Below are positions 8,769 through 18,338 of a DNA stretch of 64,000 nt, one piece after another. This DNA is from Candidatus Allochristensenella caecavium (GTDB lineage Bacteria > Bacillota > Clostridia > Christensenellales > QAND01): contig CAJFOS010000013.1 of the NCBI GenBank assembly GCA_904397865.1, positions 1 to 64,000 on the forward strand, in the 5' to 3' direction. Below the pieces are notes generated by a model that was not told where the DNA came from, ran no database searches, and saw nothing but the letters and a program-made list of their open reading frames with translations. Made by a program: the position numbers and the translations under genes. Every line of letters begins with the position of its first letter. Position 1 is the first letter of the stretch.

Positions 8769-10487
8769 ATGAAAAAACTGAAAAAACTGGCGGCGGCTTT
8801 ACTGTCGCTGGCCATGACGGCGATGCTCGCTGTCCCGGCCTTTGCGCAGGCAGGTGATTATTCCATCACCATCAGCAACACAAATGCAAACCATACCTAT
8901 ACCGCCTACCAGATTTTCAAGGGCGATGTTTCCGGCGGGACTGGGGATGGCACAACGGGCAACAGCACCTATCTTTTATCCAACATTGAATGGGGCTCCG
9001 GCGTGCAGAATATCAGCGGTCTGCTCACTGCGCTGAAAACCCAAGCGGGATTTACATCGCTAACCGACCAGTCCACCGCTGCTGATGTGGCAAAGCTGCT
9101 GGACAGTGCCGCGGATTTGGAGACCTTCCTGACGGTGCTCAATGGGACGCCCGGTTACCTGAGCAGTACGGCCGCGGGGACAGCTACGCCTGGCGCAGGG
9201 ATGACTGCATGCACCATCAACCTGACCGAGGGCGGTTATTATCTGGTCAAGGATAGCCTTGCCGGAGAAACCCCCGACGACTTCGTCAGCGATTATATCG
9301 TTCAGGTCCTGGGCCAGGAAACCATGGCCCCCAAAGGCGATAAGCCCACCGTTGAAAAGAAGGTCTATGAGGAGAGTCTCTCCGCCGCCACCACGGACTG
9401 GGGCAATGGCTACAACGACGTAGCGGACTATGATATCGGTGATGCCGTCCCCTTTAAGATTGTTGCCTCCATCCCTGACATGACCGGTTATAACGGTTAT
9501 GAGTTTGTTATCACTGACACCCTCTCCAATGGACTGACCTTGGCCGAGGACACGCTTCAGGTCTACGTAACCGCTGCCAAGGACACCGCGCTGGATGCGC
9601 TGACTCCGCTGAGTGCGGGAACGGATTACACGCTGGCCACTACGGACATTGGTGATGCGAGTTTTACCCTCACCTTTGAGAACATGGAGGAGAATGAGGA
9701 TTTTACCGCTTCAGATGATAATTACATCATTGTCACTTATACTGCAACGCTGAATGAAAATGCGGAAATTGGCCTGGACGGCAATCCCAACGAGGTTGAC
9801 CTGACCTATTCCAATGACCCCAACGGCAAAGGCAAAGGGAAAACCCCCAAGGATTATGTTGTCGTGTTCACGTATGAACTGGACGGCACGAAGGTCGATG
9901 GAAAAAATACGGAGACCAAACTTAAGGATGCGGAATTTGTCCTGTTGAACAACGCCGGTACTCAGGTAGCGAAGATAGACAGCAACGGCAAGTTTGACGG
10001 CTGGGTGAATGTGCCGGATGGTTCCGGTGACGCCGGTGCAATCACCTATGGTGACTGGACGACATTTAATCAGACCCACAAGGTCATCATGACCTCTGCG
10101 GAGACATCCGGCAGCTTCGGCATTTCCGGGCTGGACGAGGGCGCCTATCTCCTGCGGGAGATAAAGGCTCCTGAGGGCTACAATCTAATCAAGAACGACC
10201 AGACGCTGGTCATCGCCGCCAGCACCGGCGAAGTGCAGAATTATAATGGGACGGCTTCCAGTGTACTGACTACCCTGACGCTTAAAGTCGGCGAGGAGGA
10301 ACCGAAGGCCGGCAATGTGGCCGACGGTACCGTGGCCATTGAGGTGCCCAATAATGCCGGCGCTACGCTGCCTGAAACCGGGGGCGTCGGTACGACTATC
10401 TTCTTCGTGCTGGGCGGTGTGATGTTGCTTGGAGCGGGCATCCTTCTGACTGTGCGAATTCGCATGAAGGCTACCAATCGCCAATAA
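8769..10487 (+). CDS. Major (backbone) pilin subunit, LPXTG-anchored
   Basis: Signal peptide MKKLKKLAAALLSLAMTAMLAVPAFA. E-box YLLREIKAPEGYNL. LPETGG plus TM plus RIRMK tail. Thr/Gly-rich Ig-like regions. Strong RBS GGGAGGAG. Confidence 0.85.
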   Translation: MKKLKKLAAALLSLAMTAMLAVPAFAQAGDYSITISNTNANHTYTAYQIFKGDVSGGTGDGTTGNSTYLLSNIEWGSGVQNISGLLTALKTQAGFTSLTDQSTAADVAKLLDSAADLETFLTVLNGTPGYLSSTAAGTATPGAGMTACTINLTEGGYYLVKDSLAGETPDDFVSDYIVQVLGQETMAPKGDKPTVEKKVYEESLSAATTDWGNGYNDVADYDIGDAVPFKIVASIPDMTGYNGYEFVITDTLSNGLTLAEDTLQVYVTAAKDTALDALTPLSAGTDYTLATTDIGDASFTLTFENMEENEDFTASDDNYIIVTYTATLNENAEIGLDGNPNEVDLTYSNDPNGKGKGKTPKDYVVVFTYELDGTKVDGKNTETKLKDAEFVLLNNAGTQVAKIDSNGKFDGWVNVPDGSGDAGAITYGDWTTFNQTHKVIMTSAETSGSFGISGLDEGAYLLREIKAPEGYNLIKNDQTLVIAASTGEVQNYNGTASSVLTTLTLKVGEEEPKAGNVADGTVAIEVPNNAGATLPETGGVGTTIFFVLGGVMLLGAGILLTVRIRMKATNRQ

Positions 10488-10500
10488 TCCCTTTTTTATG

Positions 10501-10544
10501 GCTGCCACGGCCGGGGGCGTTCTCCCTTCCGGCCGTGTGGCAGT
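10501..10544 (+). promoter_or_regulatory. GC-rich stem-loop between the major pilin and sortase genes (partial terminator/attenuator)
   Basis: gctgccacggccgg-(15 nt loop)-ccggccgtgtggcag is a 13-bp stem with one 2-nt bulge. No U-tract, so read-through into srtC is likely. Typical pilin>sortase stoichiometry device. Confidence 0.45.
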
Positions 10545-10558
10545 AGGGAGAACCTTGC

Positions 10559-11419
10559 ATGAAAAATGATGATTTAAAAAAGAACAAGAGAGTTTCCATC
10601 CTGTTGATAATCGTTTTTTTTGCAGGGTTGTTTTTACTGCTGTATCCAGTGGTCAGCGATTATTGGAACTCGCTGTATCAATCACGTGCTATTTCCTCTT
10701 ATGTAGATGTGGTGACGGAGATGGATGACGACTCGTATGAAGACATGTGGAAGCAAGCGCAGGCGTATAACGCCGCCCTGCAGGGCAATCCAAACCGTTT
10801 CCAGCCCAGTGAGGAGCAAAGGAAAAACGGTGAAAAGCTGTTGGATGTCACGGGGAATGGCATCATCGGCTATGTCGAAATTCCATCGATTGACGTCATG
10901 CTGCCCATTTATCACGGAACCGATGAGGAGGTTTTGCAAGTCGCCATTGGACATGTTGAAGGCTCCTCTCTCCCGATAGGCGGTGCAGGAACGCATTGTG
11001 TCATATCCGGTCACCGTGGGCTGCCTTCCTCCAGATTGTTTACCGACCTGGACCAGCTGGCGGAGGGAGATATCTTCATTCTGCGGGTGTTGGATGAAAC
11101 GCTGACCTATGAGGTGGACCAAATCCGCATTGTAGAGCCGGAGGATATCTCTTTATTGGGAATCGAAGAGGGGAAGGACTTTTGTACCTTGGTGACCTGT
11201 ACGCCGTATGGCGTCAATTCCCACCGCCTTTTGGTACGGGGCCATCGGGTAGAGAATCAGCAGACATTCCAAACGCTGCGCGTTACGGCGGATGCGATGC
11301 TGGTTGATGCACGCCTGGTTGCACCAATACTCGCAATCCCCATTCTGCTGGTTCTTGTATTGCTGGTGGCGCTGCGGCCGCTGATGAGAAAAAGAAAATC
11401 CGAAAGAGGTGATAAATAG
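10559..11419 (+). CDS. srtC: Class C (pilus-polymerising) sortase
   Basis: N-terminal TM. Catalytic His (VISGHRG). TLVTCTPYG Cys motif. LLVRGHRV Arg. C-terminal hydrophobic anchor plus KRK tail, typical of class C. Confidence 0.85.
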   Translation: MKNDDLKKNKRVSILLIIVFFAGLFLLLYPVVSDYWNSLYQSRAISSYVDVVTEMDDDSYEDMWKQAQAYNAALQGNPNRFQPSEEQRKNGEKLLDVTGNGIIGYVEIPSIDVMLPIYHGTDEEVLQVAIGHVEGSSLPIGGAGTHCVISGHRGLPSSRLFTDLDQLAEGDIFILRVLDETLTYEVDQIRIVEPEDISLLGIEEGKDFCTLVTCTPYGVNSHRLLVRGHRVENQQTFQTLRVTADAMLVDARLVAPILAIPILLVLVLLVALRPLMRKRKSERGDK

Positions 11420-12364
11420 ATGAAAATCCGCATGCCTTGGAAGCGCATTGGAGCGACGTTATTGGCTGTCGTGATGGGAATCGGCTGCATATCGGCTGCC
11501 GCGTTTGCCCGGGAAAGTATCGAGACTGACAGGGCAACTTCGCTAAGCATATATTTTGGTGCAGATGGAATCGGGTTTTCTGCAGTGAACTTTTCCATTT
11601 ATCGCGTGGCAAATACTTCGGAAAACGGCGCCTTCACATTGACGGGAGATTTTGCCGACTATTCCGTCAACCTGGAGGACCTGGATAGCTCCGGCTGGCG
11701 GGCGCTGGCCCAGACGCTCGCCGTTTATACGGCACGGGATGAATTGAAACCGCTTCGTACGCAGAGAACCGGACAGGGTGGACGGGTCAGCTTTGCGGGC
11801 CTTGCCGTGGGATTGTATTTGGTAATCGGTGAGGAATATGCAGATGCAAACGCCATCTATACCCCGGAACCCATGTTGGTATCCCTTCCGGAATGGACGG
11901 AGGAGGGGGACTGGAACTACGGCATAGAGGCCACATGTAAATTTGACCGTAGGGATAAGACGCCTGGGCGGGTAAGCCGTAAGGTACAGAAGGTTTGGAA
12001 GGATGACGGCAATGAGGACACGCGGCCCAAAGAGATTTCCGTGCAGCTTCTGGAGAACGGGACTGTTGTCGATACCGTCCTATTGAACAAGAAAAATAAC
12101 TGGGAATATACGTGGGAGAATTTAGACAGCAACGCAAGGTGGCAGGTGGTCGAATCGGAAGTGCCGGCTGGATACACCGTCACCGTAGCGCAGGAAGGAA
12201 CGATATTTGTCATAACGAATACCCGCCCGTATGAACCGCCGCCCAAACTGCCTCAAACAGGAATGCTGTGGTGGCCAGTGCCAGTGCTTGCCTGCGGCGG
12301 ATTGTTGTTGGTATTAGCTGGATGGATGGTGCGGCGTAAGCAGGGAGATTCCCATGGAAAGTAA
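11420..12364 (+). CDS. Minor/basal pilin with CnaB-type domain, LPQTG-anchored
   Basis: Signal peptide. CnaB-like KVQKVWKDDGNEDTRPKEISVQLLENG...YTVTV. Pro-rich PYEPPPK preceding LPQTGM plus TM plus RRKQ. Start overlaps the srtC stop (translational coupling). Confidence 0.75.
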   Translation: MKIRMPWKRIGATLLAVVMGIGCISAAAFARESIETDRATSLSIYFGADGIGFSAVNFSIYRVANTSENGAFTLTGDFADYSVNLEDLDSSGWRALAQTLAVYTARDELKPLRTQRTGQGGRVSFAGLAVGLYLVIGEEYADANAIYTPEPMLVSLPEWTEEGDWNYGIEATCKFDRRDKTPGRVSRKVQKVWKDDGNEDTRPKEISVQLLENGTVVDTVLLNKKNNWEYTWENLDSNARWQVVESEVPAGYTVTVAQEGTIFVITNTRPYEPPPKLPQTGMLWWPVPVLACGGLLLVLAGWMVRRKQGDSHGK

Positions 12365-12980
12365 AAGAAAAGGAGGAACAGCCCTTATAGCGCTCGGGCT
12401 GCTGCTCATTGCAGCGGCCCTTTTTCTAATCGGATATAATCTGTTTGACGAATACAGAGCCGGGAAAACGGCTCGCCGAGTATTGGCAATGCTGCGGGAA
12501 CAAGCCCCCATTGACGCTGGCATCCCGGAAGTATCGTCGCCGGGCAAGGAAGTCGTTCCAGATTACGTGCGCAACCCGGACATGGAGATGCCGACCAGAG
12601 AGGTTGAAGGCAATGATTATATCGGGATTTTAGAGATTCCGTCATTAGAGCTTTCTTTACCGGTGATGAGCAGATGGAGCTATCCCAAGCTGAAAATTGC
12701 GCCATGCCGCTACAGCGGCTCCGCTTACGAGGGAAACCTGACGATTGTAGCGCATAATTACCGCACCCACTTTGCATCGGTGCGAGATGTTCCGGTTGGG
12801 ACCCGGGTGCTGTTTACCGATGTAAAAGGGCGCATCTTTGCTTATGAGGTTGCGGCGATTGAAACAGTTGAAGCCAATGCCGTCCAGGAAGTGGTGAACG
12901 CTGCATGGGATTTGACGCTTGTTACTTGTACGCCAGGCGGGCAGGCCCGTGTCGCTGTGCGATGTGTAAAGGCGGGATAA
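12354..12980 (+). CDS. Second sortase-family transpeptidase
   Basis: N-terminal TM. His (IVAHNYRTHF). LTLVTCTPGG Cys motif. conserved Arg (ARVAVRC). Overlaps the basal pilin gene end. Confidence 0.7.
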   Translation: MESKRKGGTALIALGLLLIAAALFLIGYNLFDEYRAGKTARRVLAMLREQAPIDAGIPEVSSPGKEVVPDYVRNPDMEMPTREVEGNDYIGILEIPSLELSLPVMSRWSYPKLKIAPCRYSGSAYEGNLTIVAHNYRTHFASVRDVPVGTRVLFTDVKGRIFAYEVAAIETVEANAVQEVVNAAWDLTLVTCTPGGQARVAVRCVKAG

Positions 12981-13218
12981 TTATACTCACCCGTTACCAC
13001 ACATTACTTCCAGTATATAAAAGGATGCAATCAAAAATCATTTTATAGAGAGATAAGACAATCAGCCCATAGCAAAATGAGAAAATGCAAGCATAAAAAC
13101 AGGTGAACCCCATCCCGTGTGGTTGCATCTGGGTTGGGTAGGGATGAGGAAAAAGGGAATGTGTGACACTACTGCCTGTGAAAATGGCGGGGGGTATAGT
13201 GTAAAGAAATAAAAAGTG

Positions 13219-13253
13219 AAAACCCGGCCGCGTAAATGCGCGGCCGGGTTTTA
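13219..13253. terminator. Bidirectional Rho-independent terminator closing the pilus operon and the convergent gene
   Basis: aaaacccggccgcg-taaat-gcgcggccgggtttt is a perfect 13-bp GC stem flanked by A and T runs on both sides. Confidence 0.7.
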
Positions 13254-13269
13254 TAAACAAAGGAATTTT

Positions 13270-14100
13270 TTACAGAGAGGAACGAAGCGAAACCGTTGTA
13301 CAAGGAACGGTTCCATCAAGCAAATCATGCAGACGATGACGGGCATGTCCAATTAGTACGCGCGTTCCTTCCATGGCCGGACCCAGGACATATTCCAATT
13401 TAGCTCGTGCACCGTTGGCGCCGGCACGGCTGGCACCGATACAATGCTCTTGCTGTTTGCGGACATTTTGCAACAGTTCTTCCGGTGTATCGCCAACAAT
13501 CTCCTGAATCAGGGTGGAGGGGTCATGCGGGTCTTCATAAATGCCCTCCACACTGGAGAGAATTACCAGCGTATTGGCTTGCACAAGGCTGGTAATCACA
13601 GCGGCTGTTTCGTCGTTGTCAATACATTCCACGACCTGCTGATGTTGTGCACGCAAAGCCGAAAGTTCCATGCGTCGGTTTTCCTTGGCAGAAACGGGGT
13701 CATTATAGTTGACGATGGGAATAGCGCCCTGTGCAGGACAGCGGAGTAGCATTTGGCGGATATGTTCACGCTTTTGTGGATTATTGAAGTGCTGATGTTC
13801 GACCAACACCTGCCGGATGGAAAAGGACGGGTCGACAAAACGGCGGTAATTTTCCATCAGAATAGCCTGCCCCTGTGCTGCATAGTCGGTTTTGATATCG
13901 TCCAGTTCCCCCTGTAGCTCATGGCCGGTACGATGGCAGTAATCCACACGCCCAATTTCCGTTGCTCCGGAAGAGACAACAATCATCCCCGGACGCAAAT
14001 CTGCGCTTAATCGGGAAAGGGTATTGTAGTCGACTGCGTTATCCTCTTGACGAATCAGGGCCATTGAGCCTATCTTGACGACAAGATTGATGGCGTCCAT
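13270..14100 (-). CDS. Amino-acid kinase family protein, glutamate 5-kinase-like (no PUA domain)
   Basis: VVKIGSMALI, VVSSGA, IPIVNYNDPV and LVILSSVEGIYEDP align with ProB core motifs. ATG at 14100 is preceded by AGGAGG. The ORF track start 14133 is probably too long. Confidence 0.5.
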   Translation of the reverse strand: MDAINLVVKIGSMALIRQEDNAVDYNTLSRLSADLRPGMIVVSSGATEIGRVDYCHRTGHELQGELDDIKTDYAAQGQAILMENYRRFVDPSFSIRQVLVEHQHFNNPQKREHIRQMLLRCPAQGAIPIVNYNDPVSAKENRRMELSALRAQHQQVVECIDNDETAAVITSLVQANTLVILSSVEGIYEDPHDPSTLIQEIVGDTPEELLQNVRKQQEHCIGASRAGANGARAKLEYVLGPAMEGTRVLIGHARHRLHDLLDGTVPCTTVSLRSSL

Positions 14101-14104
14101 GGGA

Positions 14105-15454
14105 TTATTCCTCCTCTTGTGATTCAAAATCATCTTCCGTCACACCTGTATCCAGCGACAACAGGGCGGCGGTATCTGTTTCCGGCAGGCTTTCAACGCT
14201 GCGTAGTTTGCGTTGGATTTGCCGTGTACGCACGCCAACCAAATCCTCCAGTTTATTGTTGGCCTGTTCCAACTGCTTCTGGGTGGCAGCGAGTACATCG
14301 CCGAATTTATTAAATTCGGTTTTTACGGCCCCCAGGATATTCCATACCTCGCTGGAATGCTTTTGAATCGCCAGCGTGCGGAATCCCATCTGCAAGCTGT
14401 TGAGGATAGCGGCCATGGTTGTGGGGCCGGCAATGTTGATATGATAATCCCGTTGGAGCGTTTCGACAAGCCCCCTGCGCACCACTTCGGCATACAGCCC
14501 TTCAAAAGGAAGGAACATAATGCCAAAATCCGTGGTATTGGGCGGGTCGATATACTTATCGCGGATATCCTTAGCAAACTGTTTGATGGTTTTATCCAGG
14601 TTTTTACCAGCGGCGTCAATCGCAAGCTTGTCGCCTGCCTCATAAGCATCTTGCAGGGCGCTGTAGGCGTCCATGGGGAATTTGGCATCTATGGGGAGGT
14701 AAACCGTGCCGGTGTCATCGCCAGGAAGCTTGATGGCGAATTCAACCGGTTTTCCACTGCCGCGTTTGGTCACGACGTTGGTCTCGTATTGTTCGGGCGG
14801 CAGAATTTGTTCTAAAATCGCGCCCAGTTGAATTTCGCCCAGAATACCGCGTGTTTTAACACCGGAGAGCACTTTTTTCAAATCCCCTACACCGGTGGCC
14901 AGCGTTTGCATTTCGCCCAAGCCTTTATAGACCTGTTCCAACCGGTCGCTGACGAGTTGAAAGGACTGACCAATGCGGTCTTCCAACGTTTTTTGCAGTT
15001 TTTCATCAACGGTAGCGCGCATCTGTTCCAGCTTTTTGCTATTATCCTCCTGCAGGGAGGTCAGCTGTTTTTCCATGGTAGTACGAACGTTTTCCAGTTT
15101 CTGTTCGGTTTCTTTGGAAAAATGCGCCAACCGGAGGTCGATATTGCGCATGCTATCGTTGACGGTTTTTTGCAGCATATCGTTGCGCTGAGTTAGCTGG
15201 GCGTTCAATTCGCCCAGCCGCTTATCCTGCACCTGATTGGTTTGTGTCTGTGAAGATTTGAGCATCTCGCCCAAGGTAAGCAAATTGCTCTGGATGGATT
15301 GCGCAACCTCTTGCCTGGTGGCTCGCAGTTCACGCTGCAATTCCTGGCGAAGCGAATCGTTTTGTCCACGGCGGGCACATAAACGCACTTGAATCAAAAT
15401 AAACACACAGAGCAGTACGGCGATGACTGAACAGCCAAGGACGACCCATTCCAT
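14105..15454 (-). CDS. rmuC: DNA recombination protein RmuC
   Basis: N-terminal TM, long coiled coil (QELQRELRATRQEV...), C-terminal RmuC nuclease-like domain (GEIQLGAILEQILPPEQYETN...LPIDAKFP). Confidence 0.8.
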   Translation of the reverse strand: MEWVVLGCSVIAVLLCVFILIQVRLCARRGQNDSLRQELQRELRATRQEVAQSIQSNLLTLGEMLKSSQTQTNQVQDKRLGELNAQLTQRNDMLQKTVNDSMRNIDLRLAHFSKETEQKLENVRTTMEKQLTSLQEDNSKKLEQMRATVDEKLQKTLEDRIGQSFQLVSDRLEQVYKGLGEMQTLATGVGDLKKVLSGVKTRGILGEIQLGAILEQILPPEQYETNVVTKRGSGKPVEFAIKLPGDDTGTVYLPIDAKFPMDAYSALQDAYEAGDKLAIDAAGKNLDKTIKQFAKDIRDKYIDPPNTTDFGIMFLPFEGLYAEVVRRGLVETLQRDYHINIAGPTTMAAILNSLQMGFRTLAIQKHSSEVWNILGAVKTEFNKFGDVLAATQKQLEQANNKLEDLVGVRTRQIQRKLRSVESLPETDTAALLSLDTGVTEDDFESQEEE

Positions 15455-15520
15455 GCAAAAACCCCCTTTGGAAAAAAGCGCTGTGCCACGCGTGCGTGTA
15501 CAGCGCTGAAATGACGGACA

Positions 15521-17497
15521 TTAAGCACGTTGCATACTGGTTTTGGCTTTTCCCACGACGTTTTCAGCAGTGAAGCCATATGCCTCAAATAACTTTGCCG
15601 CCGGTGCACTGCCGCCAAAATGGTCGATGCAGACCAGCTCGCCTGCATCGCCAACGATAGCGCGCCAGCCGAAAGAGCTGCCAGCTTCCACACCCACACG
15701 CGCCCGGCATGCCGGGGGCAGAACACTTTGCTGATAATCAACGTCCTGACGAAGGAATACCTCCATGCTTGGCATGCTGACGATGCGCACTGCAGTGCCT
15801 TGCGCACGCAGCATCTGTGCTGCTTTGACGCACAGCTCAAGTTCGCTGCCGGTACCGATAAGGATGACATCCGGCATTCCTTCGCAATCTTCCAACACAT
15901 AAGCGCCTTTGAGCGCCTGGATACCCGTCCCTTCATAGAGGGGCAGGTTTTGGCGTGAAAGGGCGAGCAGTGTCGGGCCGGCATGCCCTAAGCCATATAC
16001 GTATGCCGCTGCAACCTCCCGCGCATCTGCAGGGCGGAAAATGGAACAGTTGGGCATGCAACGATACGATGCTAAATGTTCAATCGGTTCATGTGTGGGG
16101 CCATCTTCACCAACGCCGATACTGTCGTGCGTCAGGATATACAAAACGCTCTGCTTCATCAAAGCACTCAGGCGTACAGCGTGGCGCAAATAGTCGGAGA
16201 AGACCATGAATGTAGCACAATAGGGACGTACGCCGCCGTGAAGCGCCATACCGTTGCAGATGGCAGCCATGGCAAATTCACGGATGCCGAAATGGATATT
16301 ACGGCCTTGGCGGCAGGTGGGGCTGAAATAGGGTTCGTCATGGAGCAGTGTCTTGTTACTGGGCGCCAAGTCGGCGCTGCCGCCGAACAAGCTGGGCACC
16401 ATATCCTTGAGCAGGTTCAACACCGTGCCGGAAGAACTGCGCGATGCGGCCGGTTTAGCCGCCGCCATCAAGGCTTCCACATCGACACTCGGCGGCAGGC
16501 CGGGCGTATGGGCCTGTTGGTAGGCCTCTGCTTTTTGCGGATACGCCTGGGCATAACGAATCATCATATCCTCCCAGGCCTGATGTGCATCGCGGCCATG
16601 CTGTGTACGTTCGCGGCAAATGGCATAGACCTCCTGCGGTACGGCAAAAGGTTCGTCAAACGGCCATTGCAGCGTTTGGCGGAGAGCGGCAACGTTTTCT
16701 TCGCCCAGCGGTTCGCCATGCGTTTTTTCACTGCCTTCCAATGCACTGTATTTACCAATCTTGGTATTAACGACCAACAGCGAGGGCGCGTTAGCCTGCT
16801 TGGCTGCAGCGATTGCCTGGCTGATGGCATGCGTATCCTCTCCATCAATATTTTCGATGACATGCCAGCCATATGCACGATATCGTGCAGCAACATCCTC
16901 ATCAAAAGCGACATTGATATCGCCTTCGATGCTGATTTGGTTACGGTCATAAAGGACGATTAGTTTATTCAGTTTGAGTGTACCGGCTAAGGAACACGCT
17001 TCACTGGAAACACCTTCTTGCAGACAGCCATCGCCTACCAGCGCATAAGTATAATGGTCGACGACCGGATAATCCGGTTCGTTGAATTGCGCAGCCAGAT
17101 GTGCTTCTGCCATGGCCATGCCGACGGCCATGGAAACGCCTTGCCCCAGCGGGCCGGTGGTAGCGTCAATGCCGGGCGTATGACCGACTTCTGGATGTCC
17201 GGGCGTCAGGCTGCCCCATTGGCGGAATTGGGAAAGTTCTTCGACGGGGATTGCATAGCCAAAGATGTGCAGCAGGGCATAGGCAAGCATGCTGCCGTGT
17301 CCGGCCGAGAGAATGAAACGGTCCCGGTTATCCCAACTGGGGCAGGAGGGGTCATGTTTCATCTGTTCCGCATAGAGCGTGTACGCCATGGGTGCGGCAT
17401 CCAATACGATACCGGGATGGCCACTCTTGGCCTTTTGAATGGCGTCGACGCCAAGAATGCGGATGGCGTTGATACAAAGGGTGTCTTTGGGATACAT
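15521..17497 (-). CDS. tkt: Transketolase
   Basis: SGHPG thiamine-PP motif near the N-terminus. Full-length 658 aa with pyrimidine-binding and C-terminal domains. RBS AGGAGGAG. Confidence 0.95.
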   Translation of the reverse strand: MYPKDTLCINAIRILGVDAIQKAKSGHPGIVLDAAPMAYTLYAEQMKHDPSCPSWDNRDRFILSAGHGSMLAYALLHIFGYAIPVEELSQFRQWGSLTPGHPEVGHTPGIDATTGPLGQGVSMAVGMAMAEAHLAAQFNEPDYPVVDHYTYALVGDGCLQEGVSSEACSLAGTLKLNKLIVLYDRNQISIEGDINVAFDEDVAARYRAYGWHVIENIDGEDTHAISQAIAAAKQANAPSLLVVNTKIGKYSALEGSEKTHGEPLGEENVAALRQTLQWPFDEPFAVPQEVYAICRERTQHGRDAHQAWEDMMIRYAQAYPQKAEAYQQAHTPGLPPSVDVEALMAAAKPAASRSSSGTVLNLLKDMVPSLFGGSADLAPSNKTLLHDEPYFSPTCRQGRNIHFGIREFAMAAICNGMALHGGVRPYCATFMVFSDYLRHAVRLSALMKQSVLYILTHDSIGVGEDGPTHEPIEHLASYRCMPNCSIFRPADAREVAAAYVYGLGHAGPTLLALSRQNLPLYEGTGIQALKGAYVLEDCEGMPDVILIGTGSELELCVKAAQMLRAQGTAVRIVSMPSMEVFLRQDVDYQQSVLPPACRARVGVEAGSSFGWRAIVGDAGELVCIDHFGGSAPAAKLFEAYGFTAENVVGKAKTSMQRA

Positions 17498-17509
17498 GAT
17501 GCTCCTCCT

Positions 17510-18175
17510 TTAAATGGAAAAAGTTTGGAAAAACGAATACAAAGGTTGCAGAGTGCGGAAATCCTCAGCCAGTTGGTCGACCAGTGCAGGCTGCATGGTT
17601 TGCTGCAAGGAAATGGGTTTTTCATAGGCCAGCCATTTGCGGCTGACAACATCCATCAGTATGGGGTCGTCTGAACGCAGTGGCGGCCGTTTGTAACGTG
17701 AACCATGGAGCGAAAATCCAGCACTGACCACTTCGAGATGCAAGGCTTTATACCGCGCGCCGTTGGCGAGGATATGCTGACGCAACAAGGTCATTTGCGA
17801 AGGGGTCAGCCCATGTACGCCGATACCGCAGTCTGCGCCGCGGGGGGAAAGGTCAAAATAGAGACCGAAATGTCCCTGTTCCCGTTTGCGCCGGAATTCA
17901 AGCCACATATTATCCCGATAAGGCGATTTATCGCGTGTAAAGCGGGTATCTCTGCGGATACGGGAGATGGTTCCCCCCATCACCGGACGCAGGTCCATCT
18001 GCGGGTCAATGGCCATCATGGTGGGTGCCAGGGCGTTGGATAACGCCTTCAGTGGCGTCAACACATGCGCTTGAAAAGCAGGCCGGTTCTGTTCAAAACA
18101 GGAAGGGGTATTATTGAATGCAATCATCATGAAAAAGGAGAACGTATCCTCCGTAAATCCAGTAAACGTATGCAT
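17510..18175 (-). CDS. DUF2461/TIGR02453-family conserved hypothetical protein
   Basis: FTEDTFSFF...FEQNRPAFQAHV...FRIRRDTRFTRDKSPY pattern characteristic of this family. ATG at 18175 follows GGAGG. Confidence 0.6.
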   Translation of the reverse strand: MHTFTGFTEDTFSFFMMIAFNNTPSCFEQNRPAFQAHVLTPLKALSNALAPTMMAIDPQMDLRPVMGGTISRIRRDTRFTRDKSPYRDNMWLEFRRKREQGHFGLYFDLSPRGADCGIGVHGLTPSQMTLLRQHILANGARYKALHLEVVSAGFSLHGSRYKRPPLRSDDPILMDVVSRKWLAYEKPISLQQTMQPALVDQLAEDFRTLQPLYSFFQTFSI

Positions 18176-18338
18176 GATTTCCTCCAAGCATTTATTATAT
18201 CCTGATTTGCGGGGACTTTAAAGCCCCCGCCTGAACAAATAGGGAAGGAAATAAAGGAAAAGAATTGAACGAGGGAATACGGACATGCCAGACCCCAAAA
18301 ACAAAACCCCTACGATTCGTTCGCAGGGGTTTTGTCCT

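Noticed and set aside
12994-13260. 88-aa minus-strand ORF in the AT-rich spacer after the pilus operon
   Set aside because: No RBS, runs through the bidirectional terminator, low-complexity hydrophobic translation.
16076-16963. 295-aa plus-strand ORF antisense to transketolase
   Set aside because: tkt is unambiguous. The antisense frame has no RBS and an odd composition.
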